This document shows positions 1 through 7,459 of a DNA stretch of 32,000 nt, in pieces. The notes below the pieces were generated by a model. The model saw only the letters and a list, made by a program, of their open reading frames with translations, did not search any database and was not told the DNA's origin. Each line of letters begins with the position of its first letter. Position 1 is the stretch's first letter. The position numbers and the translations under genes were made by a program. The DNA is from Crocosphaera subtropica ATCC 51142 (GTDB taxonomy: Bacteria; Cyanobacteriota; Cyanobacteriia; Cyanobacteriales; Microcystaceae): positions 3,180,001 through 3,212,000 of the forward strand of contig NC_010546.1 in the NCBI RefSeq assembly GCF_000017845.1, read 5' to 3'.

Positions 1-1205
1 ACTCTTGCGTAATGGTGTGGATGGGATCACCGATATTCCTGGCGATCGCTGGAACGTAGAAACCTATTACGACTCAGATCCCGACGTTCCTGGGAAAATG
101 TACACTCGTTACGGAGGATTTATCGATGGGGTGGATCAGTTTGATCCTCAATTTTTCGGCATTTCTCCCCGTGAAGCCATGAGTCTTGATCCTCAGCAAC
201 GATTACTCTTAGAAGTGAGTTATACTGCCTTAGAACGGGCAGGACAGCCCCTAGACTCCTTAGAAGGGAGCAAAACCGGGGTATTTATGGGGATTTGTTT
301 TGACGACTATTCTCGGTTAAGCCTTAACTCTGGTGATCCCACGTTGATCGATGCCTATAGTAGTTTAGGGAATACCCGCAGTATTGCCGTAGGACGTATC
401 GCCTATGTGTTGGGACTACAGGGGCCGGTGATACAGTTAGATACCACCTGTTCCTCTTCATTGTTAGCGGTTCATCTCGCCTGTCAAAGCTTACGCACGG
501 GAGAATCTAATTTAGCCTTAGCAGGAGGGGTTAATTTAATGCTCTCTCCTGAAGTCAGCATCGGTTTTTCTAAGCTCAAAGCTCTTGCCCCTGACGGACG
601 CTGTAAAACCTTCGATCAACGGGCTGATGGCTACGGACGGGGAGAAGGCTGTGGTATTGTGGTGTTAAAACGGTTATCCGATGCGATCGCCGATGGTGAT
701 ACTATTTTAGCAACCGTTCTTGGTTCAGCCGTCAATCATGATGGTCAAAGCAACGGCTTAACAGCCCCCAATGGTTCGGCCCAGGAAGCGGTGATCCGTC
801 AAGCCTTAGAAAATGCCAAAGTTGATCCCACTCAGATCCAATATGTAGAAACTCACGGCACAGGAACATCTTTGGGCGACCCCATTGAAGTGTTGGCCTT
901 GAGTAAGGTGTTAGGAGAAGGCAGAAAAGAGGATAACCCCATTAATATTGGCTCAGTTAAAACGAATTTTGGTCATCTGGAGTCGGCTGCTGGGGTGGCG
1001 AGTTTGATCAAGGTTATTTTGTCACTGCAACATCAAGAGATTCCTCCCCACCTTCATTTTCAAACCCCAAACCCTTATATTCCCTGGCACAAGCTACCCG
1101 TAACCGTTCCTACTACCTTAACCCCTTGGGAAGTCAAAAATGGCCGTCGTTTAGCAGGTGTTAGTTCCTTTGGCATGAGTGGGACGAATGTTCATCTTAT
1201 TGTCG
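1..1205 (+). other. KS domain, module A (partial)
   Basis: Active-site Cys codon 449-451 (DTTCSSS); HGTGT and GHLE His motifs. Boundaries approximate. Confidence 0.9.
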
Positions 1206-4200
1206 GAGAAAGCGCAAAAATTAAGGAAAACATTGAAACACCAAAAGTTGACCGCCCCTTACATCTATTAACCTTATCCGCCAAAACCGAAACCGCTTTA
1301 CAAGCACAGATAGAACAATATAAAACCTATTTAACCACCCATAAAAACCTATCTTTTGCCGATATTTGTTTCAGTGTTAATAAAAAGCGATCGCACTTTG
1401 ATTATCGTCTCAATATTATAGCTAGTTGTGTAAAAGAAGCATCAGAAAAACTAAATAATTCATTGCCTCCTGCCTTCTCCCGTTTGGTAAAGGGGGGCAA
1501 GGGGGTATCGCTTCCTATTGCCTTTTTATTCACCGGACAAGGTTCCCAATATATGGGTATGGGACAACAACTTTATCAAACCCAACCCACTTTTAAAGCA
1601 ACATTTGATTACTGTTGTGACATCCTTCAATCTTACCTAGGATGGGATCTCAGAGAGATTCTTTTTGCAACAGAATATCCCCACTTTATAAGGGGAGGTA
1701 GGGGGGGATCTCCTGCCTCCTCCTTACACTCAACAATTAATACGCAACCTGCTTTATTCGTCATTGAATATGCTTTAGCCAAACTATGGCTATCTTGGGG
1801 GATTAAACCTAATATAATGATCGGTCATAGTATTGGGGAATATGTCGCAGCCACCCTAGCAGGGGTATTTAGTTTAGAAGATGGCTTAAAACTGATTACA
1901 GCTAGAGCGCAACTAATGCAAGCACTGCCTGAAACTGGCTCAATGGTGGCTGTTTTTGCAACATTAGAAACCGTAAAAAAAGCAATTAATTCTTACTCAG
2001 AAAAGGTTTCTATTGCTGCTGTTAATCATGACAAAAATATCGTTATTTCTGGTGAAAACGAAGCCATCAAAGAGATTATCAGTAAATTAGAATTAGATGG
2101 CATTCAGACCCAAACCTTAAACGTTTCTCATGCTTTCCATTGTCCGATGATGGAACCAATGTTAGAAGAATTTGAAGTTATTGCGAAACAGATTAATTAT
2201 TCATCTCCTAAACTCAAATTAGTTTCTACGGTAACAGGAACAGTTATAACTGATGAAATAGCAACATACAAATATTGGTGTGAACAAATTCGGCAACCTG
2301 TAAAATTTGCTCAAGGAATGGAATGTTTAGGAAAGGAAGGTATAGAAATATTTCTCGAAATTGGCCCGAAACCGACTTTATTAAATCTTGGGCAAATAAT
2401 ATTAGAAGCTCATAGGAATAGTTGGTTAGCAAGTTTGCATCCGAAACAAGAAAATTGGCAAACCATGTTATCAAGTTTAGGGCAATTATATATTAAAGGA
2501 TGCTCGATTAATTGGGATGAATTTGATAAAGATTATCCGAGAAACCATCTTAATAATTTACCGACTTATCCTTTCCAAAAACAACGCTTTTGGTTAGAAG
2601 CGAAACCAAATAGAAGTTTTATTGTTCAACAAAGACAACATCCATTATTGGGACAAAAGATTAATTTAGCTGCTTCAAAAACAATCTATTTTAGAAATAA
2701 TATCAGTGAAAATTTACCTGCTTTTCTAACAGATCATCGAGTGTTTAATACAGCAATTTTCCCGGCTGCGGGCTTTTTAGAAATGGGCTTAGCAGCAGGA
2801 ATAAATATTTTCAAGTCTCAGGAATGTTATCTAGAAAATGTTGTGATTCAACAGGGGTTAGTTTTACCCTCTGAAATAACTAAAGCAGTTCAAGTTAATC
2901 TTATTCCAGAAACAGTTAATGATTATCGCTTTGAAATTTATAGTTTAAATAATGAACAAGATCAAGATAATGACTGGAGTTTAAACGCTAGTGGTAAACT
3001 AAAACAAAATTATGCAACGCCATCAAGCATCAATTTAACAGAAGAAAAAGAGCGATTTTCTCAAGGTATAAAAATAGAAAACTATTATCAACAATGTCAA
3101 GAACGAGGTATTAATTACGGTAAACACTTTCAAGGGATTAAACATATTTATAAACTAGAAAAAGAAGCATTCGCTTACATTGAATTACCGCTCGAAATTA
3201 TTAATAGTTCTGCGTATCAAATTCATCCCATCTTACTCGATAATTGTTTACAAGTTGCCGGCATCGTTTTAACCGAAGAAAATTCACAAGATACTTATTT
3301 GCCTATTGGTTTAGAAAGTTTGACAGCTTATTCTAACCCTCAAAAAATTAACAGTTCAAAAGTCTATACTTATGCAAAAATAAATACAGATAAAAATAGT
3401 ATTGATTTAAAGCTTTTCAGTGAAACGGAACAAGCGATCGCTATTATTAAAGGATTGCAACTGAAAAAAGCAAGTCCCACAACCTTATTAGGCAAAGAAA
3501 AAGCTAACACCCTAGATAATTGGTTTTATAGAGTTAAATGGCAAAAACAGCCCCTTTTCTCCAACACACTTTTGACTCCAAAAAATATTGAAAGTATTCT
3601 ATTTCCTCAGTTGCAGAAGTTAAAAACACAACCTGATATTATTAATTATCAAAACCTTTTATCTCAATTAGAAATTATTAGCTTTAACTACATATTAGAA
3701 GCATTTGAAAAGCTAGGTTTTAAATTTATACAAGAAACCCGTTTTACAACTACTCAGTTACGAGAAGAACTAGGAATCTTGCCATCTTATCATCGACTCT
3801 GCGATCGCCTTTTAAACATCCTCGCTGAAGAAGGTATTTTGCAAAAAATAGAGGAAGAATGGGAAGTTATTGAGGAGGCAGAAGTCAGAAGGCAGGAGGC
3901 AGAAGGCTTCTTAAATGATAGTTCTGCCGAACTTACCCTCTTGAAACGTTGCGGTTCCCAACTTGCTGAAGTGTTACGGGGAGACTGTGATCCTGTGCAG
4001 CTATTATTTCCAGAGGGAGACTTAACCCTGACAACGCAGCTTTATCAGGAATCCACGGGGTCAAAAATGATGAATAACCTCGTAAAACAGGCAGTATTGA
4101 CCGCATTAGATAAAAAAGACCTAGAAAGTCCTCTAAAAATCCTAGAAATTGGTGCGGGAACAGGAGGAACCACTGCCTATTTACTGCCTGAACTCGATAA

Positions 4201-7200
4201 ATTCCAAACTGAATATGTTTTTACGGATATTTCCCTTTTATTCACCAAAAAAGCATGTCAGCAATTCAAAGCTTATTCTTTCGTAGAATATCGCCTCTTA
4301 GATATCGAAAAAGACCCCAAAACTCAAGGATTTTCCTTACAACATTATGACATCATCATCGCAGCCAATGTTCTACACGCCACCCAAGACTTACAGCAAA
4401 CCCTGAGCCACGTCAAACAGCTACTAACCCCCCAAGGAATGCTAGTGTTATTAGAAGGCACTCGTCCCCTGCGTTGGCTTGACCTGATTTTTGGCTTAAC
4501 AGAAGGTTGGTGGCGGTTTACAGACACATCATTAAGACCTTCCTATCCCCTATTATCAGCTTATCAGTGGCAACAATTATTAAAAAAGAGTGGCTTTGCT
4601 GAGTCTACTGCCTTGTTCCCTGACTCAGATCCCAACAGTTTACTGTCTCAACAAGGGGTTATTGTTGCTAAGAATGCAGAGAATATTGATGCTGATGGTA
4701 AAAATTGGCTGATTTTAGGCGATCGCCAAGGCATTGCCAGCCAGTTAGTGCAAATACTCGAAAGTCAAGGCAAAAATTGCATCATTGCCTATGCAGAGAA
4801 GACCTATCAACAATTAGGACAGCAAGACTATCAAATTAATCCCCAAAGACCCCAAGATTGGCAAAGATTACTATCAAAACAGTCTTTTGAGCATATTATC
4901 TATCTCTGGGGCTTAGATACACCATCAGAAGAAGATTTAACCCTAGAAACCTTAGAAACCATCTCAGAAAATCATTGTCTTAGTATTTTACATCTGATCC
5001 AGCATTCCTACACAAACCCCCCTCGCCTCTGGTTAGTGACAAAAGGAACCATTGCAACCGATGATGATGATCTTATCTCAGGAATTGCTCAATCATCTTT
5101 GTGGGGACTCGGAAAAGCGATCGCCTTAGAACATCCTGAGTTTAACTGTGTCTGCCTTGACCTAGATGCCAATACACCATTAAAGCAACAAATTAAGCTA
5201 TTATTAGATGAAATAAGCTCAAATTCACCAGAAAACCAAATCGCTTTTCGTAAAGGCACCCGCCATGTAGCAAGATTAGTTCCTCAAAAACTCCCCACAC
5301 TCCCCCAACCCCTAAAGTTAACTATTACTCAACGGGGAACCCTAGAAAAGTTACAATGGCAACCCCTCACCCGTCGTTCCCCCAAACCAGGGGAAGTAGA
5401 GATCCGTGTTAAAGCAGCAGGTTTGAACTTTAGAGACGTTCTCAACGCCTTAGACCTATATCCAGGGGAAGCTGGCCCCTTGGGATGTGAATGTGTTGGG
5501 GAAATTATCAATAAAGGGGAAAATGTTGAAAATTTAGACATTGGCCAGGAAGTTATGGCGATCGCTTCTGGCAGTTTTAGTCACTATGTCACCGTTGATG
5601 CAGCTATGGTGAGTCCCAAACCAGCAGCTTTAACTCTAGAAGAAGCAGCCACTATTCCTGTTACTTTTCTCACCGCCCACTATACTTTACATCACCTAGC
5701 CAAGATTAAAAAAGGCGATCGCATTTTAATTCATGCAGGTGCAGGAGGAGTAGGACAAGCTGCTATTCAAATAGCCCAACAAGCAGGGGCCGAAGTGTTT
5801 GCAACCGCAAGCATTGGTAAATGGGATACCCTCAAACAGTTAGGGGTGCGCCATATTATGAACTCTCGCACTTTAGACTTTGCTGAAGAGATTTTAGCTA
5901 TTACTGAGGGTGAAGGGGTCGATATCGTTCTAAATTCCTTATCAGGGGAGTTTATCAGCCAAAGTTTGGCAGTTTTGAAAGATAACGGGCGTTTTATTGA
6001 AATTGGCAAGAGTTTGGAGGCAGAAGGCAGATTTGAAGTCGATATGTTGAAAGTGTGTCAAGAAGAACCTGAGTTAGTTCAGTCGATGCTGCGTCATTTG
6101 ATGGAACAGTTTCAAACAGGTCAGTTAAAACCTCTTTCTTATCAAGTGTTTCCCAGAGAAGAGGCTATTAGTGCCTTCCGTTATATGCAGCAAGCTAAGC
6201 ACACAGGGAAAGTTGTTGTTTCTTTGGGGGAGAGTCAAATTTCTTCAACTGAAAACTTTTCGACTGCATCTACTTTGAAATTCCGTGAGGATGGCACTTA
6301 TCTTATTACTGGGGGGTTAGGGGGTTTAGGACTCTTAGTGGCTCAGTGGATGGTGGAGAAAGGAGCTAGAAACTTAGTATTAATGGGGCGAAATCAGCCT
6401 AATACTACCCAAAAACAAAAAATACAAGCATTAAAAGCCCTAGGAGCCAACATTATTGTTGCTCAAGGAGATGTCTCTAACCAAGAACAACTAGAAGCTA
6501 TTTTACAAAACATTGAAACCGCCTCCCCTGCTCCCTCTGCCTCCTCTGCTCCCCTAAAGGGTATCATCCACGCAGCAGGGGTATTAGACGATGGAGTTCT
6601 TAAACAACTGACCTGGGAACGCTTTAATAAAGTAATGTCCCCAAAAGTTCAAGGGGCCTGGAACCTTCATACCTTAAGCCAAGATAAACCCTTGGACTTT
6701 TTTGTTCTCTTCTCCTCGGCTGCTTCCTTATTAGGTTCTCCTGGTCAAGCTAACCATGTCACGGCAAACACCTTTCTGGATACTTTAGCTCATTATCGGC
6801 GATCGCAAGGACTCCCTGCTTTAAGTATGAACTGGGGGGTTTGGTCAGATATTGGGGCTGCGGCCAAACGTCAAGTGAACCGTCAAGGGGTAGGGGCGAT
6901 CGCACCAAGCCAGGGAATTGCAAGTTTAGAACAGTTAATGAAAGATTCCATGACACAAGTGGGCGTTGTTCCCATTAATTGGAATAAATTTTTACAATTT
7001 AATCCGAATATTCCATTTTTTGCCAACTTTAAACCGAAAAAAGCCAAATTAGCTGAGAATAAAAACAATTTTCTGCAACAACTGCAAACTATTCCCCCAG
7101 AGGACAAACGTGATTCTTTAAAAGATTATATTCGCTCAGAAGTAGCTCAAGTCCTTGGGTTTAACCCGTCAGACATCAATATGGAAACAGGATTTTTTGA

Positions 7201-7459
7201 CCTAGGGATGGACTCCTTAACCTCAATGGAGTTCAAGAACCGTTTACAGAATAGTTTCGGTTGTACCTTACCGTCAACTCTAGCCTTTGACTATCCTACA
7301 GGGGAAGCCTTAGTTAACTATCTCGCTACAGAAGTGCTGAAGATAACCCAAGATACCGATCCCCCTCCCGAAGAAGATAACACAGAAGACCTATCTCAAG
7401 ACGATATCGCTGATTTATTAGCCCAGGAACTGTTAGAAATCAAAGGAGGTGAACAATAA
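1..7459 (+). CDS. Type I modular polyketide synthase, 5'-partial (runs off left edge): KS-AT-DH-CMT-ER-KR-ACP
   Basis: The frame is open from nt 2. The listed TTG at nt 5 lies inside a KS domain (GITDIPGDRW...), so the real start is upstream of the window. Motifs in translation: DTTCSSS, HGTGT, GHLE (KS); GHSIGE and HAFH (AT); HPLLG, DHRVF, LLDNCLQ (DH); ILEIGAGTGG (SAM methyltransferase); LIHAGAGGVGQAA (ER); ITGGLGGLG (KR); GMDSL (ACP). Stop TAA 7457-7459. Confidence 0.95.
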   Translation, partial: LLRNGVDGITDIPGDRWNVETYYDSDPDVPGKMYTRYGGFIDGVDQFDPQFFGISPREAMSLDPQQRLLLEVSYTALERAGQPLDSLEGSKTGVFMGICFDDYSRLSLNSGDPTLIDAYSSLGNTRSIAVGRIAYVLGLQGPVIQLDTTCSSSLLAVHLACQSLRTGESNLALAGGVNLMLSPEVSIGFSKLKALAPDGRCKTFDQRADGYGRGEGCGIVVLKRLSDAIADGDTILATVLGSAVNHDGQSNGLTAPNGSAQEAVIRQALENAKVDPTQIQYVETHGTGTSLGDPIEVLALSKVLGEGRKEDNPINIGSVKTNFGHLESAAGVASLIKVILSLQHQEIPPHLHFQTPNPYIPWHKLPVTVPTTLTPWEVKNGRRLAGVSSFGMSGTNVHLIVGESAKIKENIETPKVDRPLHLLTLSAKTETALQAQIEQYKTYLTTHKNLSFADICFSVNKKRSHFDYRLNIIASCVKEASEKLNNSLPPAFSRLVKGGKGVSLPIAFLFTGQGSQYMGMGQQLYQTQPTFKATFDYCCDILQSYLGWDLREILFATEYPHFIRGGRGGSPASSLHSTINTQPALFVIEYALAKLWLSWGIKPNIMIGHSIGEYVAATLAGVFSLEDGLKLITARAQLMQALPETGSMVAVFATLETVKKAINSYSEKVSIAAVNHDKNIVISGENEAIKEIISKLELDGIQTQTLNVSHAFHCPMMEPMLEEFEVIAKQINYSSPKLKLVSTVTGTVITDEIATYKYWCEQIRQPVKFAQGMECLGKEGIEIFLEIGPKPTLLNLGQIILEAHRNSWLASLHPKQENWQTMLSSLGQLYIKGCSINWDEFDKDYPRNHLNNLPTYPFQKQRFWLEAKPNRSFIVQQRQHPLLGQKINLAASKTIYFRNNISENLPAFLTDHRVFNTAIFPAAGFLEMGLAAGINIFKSQECYLENVVIQQGLVLPSEITKAVQVNLIPETVNDYRFEIYSLNNEQDQDNDWSLNASGKLKQNYATPSSINLTEEKERFSQGIKIENYYQQCQERGINYGKHFQGIKHIYKLEKEAFAYIELPLEIINSSAYQIHPILLDNCLQVAGIVLTEENSQDTYLPIGLESLTAYSNPQKINSSKVYTYAKINTDKNSIDLKLFSETEQAIAIIKGLQLKKASPTTLLGKEKANTLDNWFYRVKWQKQPLFSNTLLTPKNIESILFPQLQKLKTQPDIINYQNLLSQLEIISFNYILEAFEKLGFKFIQETRFTTTQLREELGILPSYHRLCDRLLNILAEEGILQKIEEEWEVIEEAEVRRQEAEGFLNDSSAELTLLKRCGSQLAEVLRGDCDPVQLLFPEGDLTLTTQLYQESTGSKMMNNLVKQAVLTALDKKDLESPLKILEIGAGTGGTTAYLLPELDKFQTEYVFTDISLLFTKKACQQFKAYSFVEYRLLDIEKDPKTQGFSLQHYDIIIAANVLHATQDLQQTLSHVKQLLTPQGMLVLLEGTRPLRWLDLIFGLTEGWWRFTDTSLRPSYPLLSAYQWQQLLKKSGFAESTALFPDSDPNSLLSQQGVIVAKNAENIDADGKNWLILGDRQGIASQLVQILESQGKNCIIAYAEKTYQQLGQQDYQINPQRPQDWQRLLSKQSFEHIIYLWGLDTPSEEDLTLETLETISENHCLSILHLIQHSYTNPPRLWLVTKGTIATDDDDLISGIAQSSLWGLGKAIALEHPEFNCVCLDLDANTPLKQQIKLLLDEISSNSPENQIAFRKGTRHVARLVPQKLPTLPQPLKLTITQRGTLEKLQWQPLTRRSPKPGEVEIRVKAAGLNFRDVLNALDLYPGEAGPLGCECVGEIINKGENVENLDIGQEVMAIASGSFSHYVTVDAAMVSPKPAALTLEEAATIPVTFLTAHYTLHHLAKIKKGDRILIHAGAGGVGQAAIQIAQQAGAEVFATASIGKWDTLKQLGVRHIMNSRTLDFAEEILAITEGEGVDIVLNSLSGEFISQSLAVLKDNGRFIEIGKSLEAEGRFEVDMLKVCQEEPELVQSMLRHLMEQFQTGQLKPLSYQVFPREEAISAFRYMQQAKHTGKVVVSLGESQISSTENFSTASTLKFREDGTYLITGGLGGLGLLVAQWMVEKGARNLVLMGRNQPNTTQKQKIQALKALGANIIVAQGDVSNQEQLEAILQNIETASPAPSASSAPLKGIIHAAGVLDDGVLKQLTWERFNKVMSPKVQGAWNLHTLSQDKPLDFFVLFSSAASLLGSPGQANHVTANTFLDTLAHYRRSQGLPALSMNWGVWSDIGAAAKRQVNRQGVGAIAPSQGIASLEQLMKDSMTQVGVVPINWNKFLQFNPNIPFFANFKPKKAKLAENKNNFLQQLQTIPPEDKRDSLKDYIRSEVAQVLGFNPSDINMETGFFDLGMDSLTSMEFKNRLQNSFGCTLPSTLAFDYPTGEALVNYLATEVLKITQDTDPPPEEDNTEDLSQDDIADLLAQELLEIKGGEQ
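1464..1511 (-). repeat. Composite small repeat in the KS-AT linker of module A (heptamers plus GC-rich element, reverse orientation)
   Basis: TGCCTCC TGCCTTC TCC (1464-1480), then GGTAAAGGGGGGCAAGGGGGTATCGC (1486-1511). Translated in frame as LPPAFSRLVKGGKGVS. Confidence 0.7.
1678..1727 (-). repeat. GC-rich element plus heptamers inserted in the AT loop, module A
   Basis: CCCCACTTTATAAGGGGAGGTAGGGGGGGATC then TCCTGCC TCCTCCT. Reverse complement begins GATCCCCCCCTACCTCCCCTT. Peptide HFIRGGRGGSPASSL. Confidence 0.7.
1728..2553 (+). repeat. Copy 1 of an 826-nt apparently perfect direct repeat (AT core)
   Basis: Base-by-base reading shows no mismatch against 9335-10160 (offset 7607). First mismatches occur at 1727/9334 and 2554/10161. 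Confidence 0.85.
2638..3480 (+). other. DH domain, module A
   Basis: HPLLG; catalytic His codon 2735-2737 in DHRVFNTAIFP; LLDNCLQ. Confidence 0.8.
3874..3908 (+). repeat. Heptanucleotide array (GGAGGCA/GAAGGCA type, 5 units) in frame in the DH-CMT linker
   Basis: GGAGGCA GAAGTCA GAAGGCA GGAGGCA GAAGGCT. Peptide EEAEVRRQEAEG. Confidence 0.8.
3935..4615 (+). other. C-methyltransferase domain, module A
   Basis: SAM-binding ILEIGAGTGGTT at ~4141-4176; ANVLHAT; LTEGWWRF. Confidence 0.85.
5310..6223 (+). other. ER domain, module A (about 11 codons shorter than its paralogue)
   Basis: EVEIRVKAAGLNFRDV; LIHAGAGGVGQAAIQIA; ends GKVVVS. Confidence 0.85.
6017..6030 (+). repeat. Two GGAGGCA/GAAGGCA heptamers inside the ER domain of module A
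   Basis: GGAGGCA GAAGGCA. Peptide LEAEGR, at the point where ORF1 is ~11 codons shorter than ORF2. Confidence 0.6.
6293..6985 (+). other. KR catalytic subdomain, module A (structural psi-KR roughly 4690-5290)
   Basis: YLITGGLGGLG; SPKVQGAWNLH; LFSSAAS. GQANHVTAN has His (6755-6757) at the expected Tyr position. Confidence 0.85.
6521..6555 (-). repeat. Heptamer-derived tract (TGCTCCC, the reverse of GGGAGCA) in the KR loop of module A
   Basis: GCCTCCCC TGCTCCC TCTGCCT CCTC TGCTCCC CTA. Peptide ASPAPSASSAPL. The paralogous site 14179-14195 is 18 nt shorter. Confidence 0.6.
7111..7335 (+). other. ACP, module A
   Basis: FFDLGMDSLTS; phosphopantetheinyl Ser codon 7214-7216. Confidence 0.9.
7443..7449 (+). 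promoter_or_regulatory. Shine-Dalgarno for ORF2, inside the end of ORF1
   Basis: AAGGAGG 9 nt upstream of ATG 7459. Confidence 0.7.

Larger units (their letters stand above)
1513..2580 (+). other. AT domain, module A (malonyl-type)
   Basis: PIAFLFTGQGSQY start; GHSIGE with Ser codon 1829-1831; HAFH motif; ends near PTYPFQ. Confidence 0.88.

Noticed and set aside
5-7. TTG listed as the start codon of the first ORF
   Set aside because: The frame is open to the window edge and the translation is already mid-KS domain, so the gene is 5'-truncated.
2244-2474. Antisense 76-aa ORF, with an identical copy at 9851-10081
   Set aside because: Both lie opposite conserved AT-domain coding sequence. Their identity simply reflects the 826-nt perfect repeat. 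No independent coding signal, so treated as shadow ORFs.
4345-7107. Several short antisense ORFs inside ORF1 (4345-4527, 5329-5541, 5767-6009, 6759-6956, 6883-7107), plus analogous ones in ORF2/ORF3 (11624-11833, 12903-13187, 17257-17442)
   Set aside because: All are embedded opposite strongly conserved PKS domains. Their translations are low-complexity or Arg/Ser/Pro-rich, which is typical of shadow frames.
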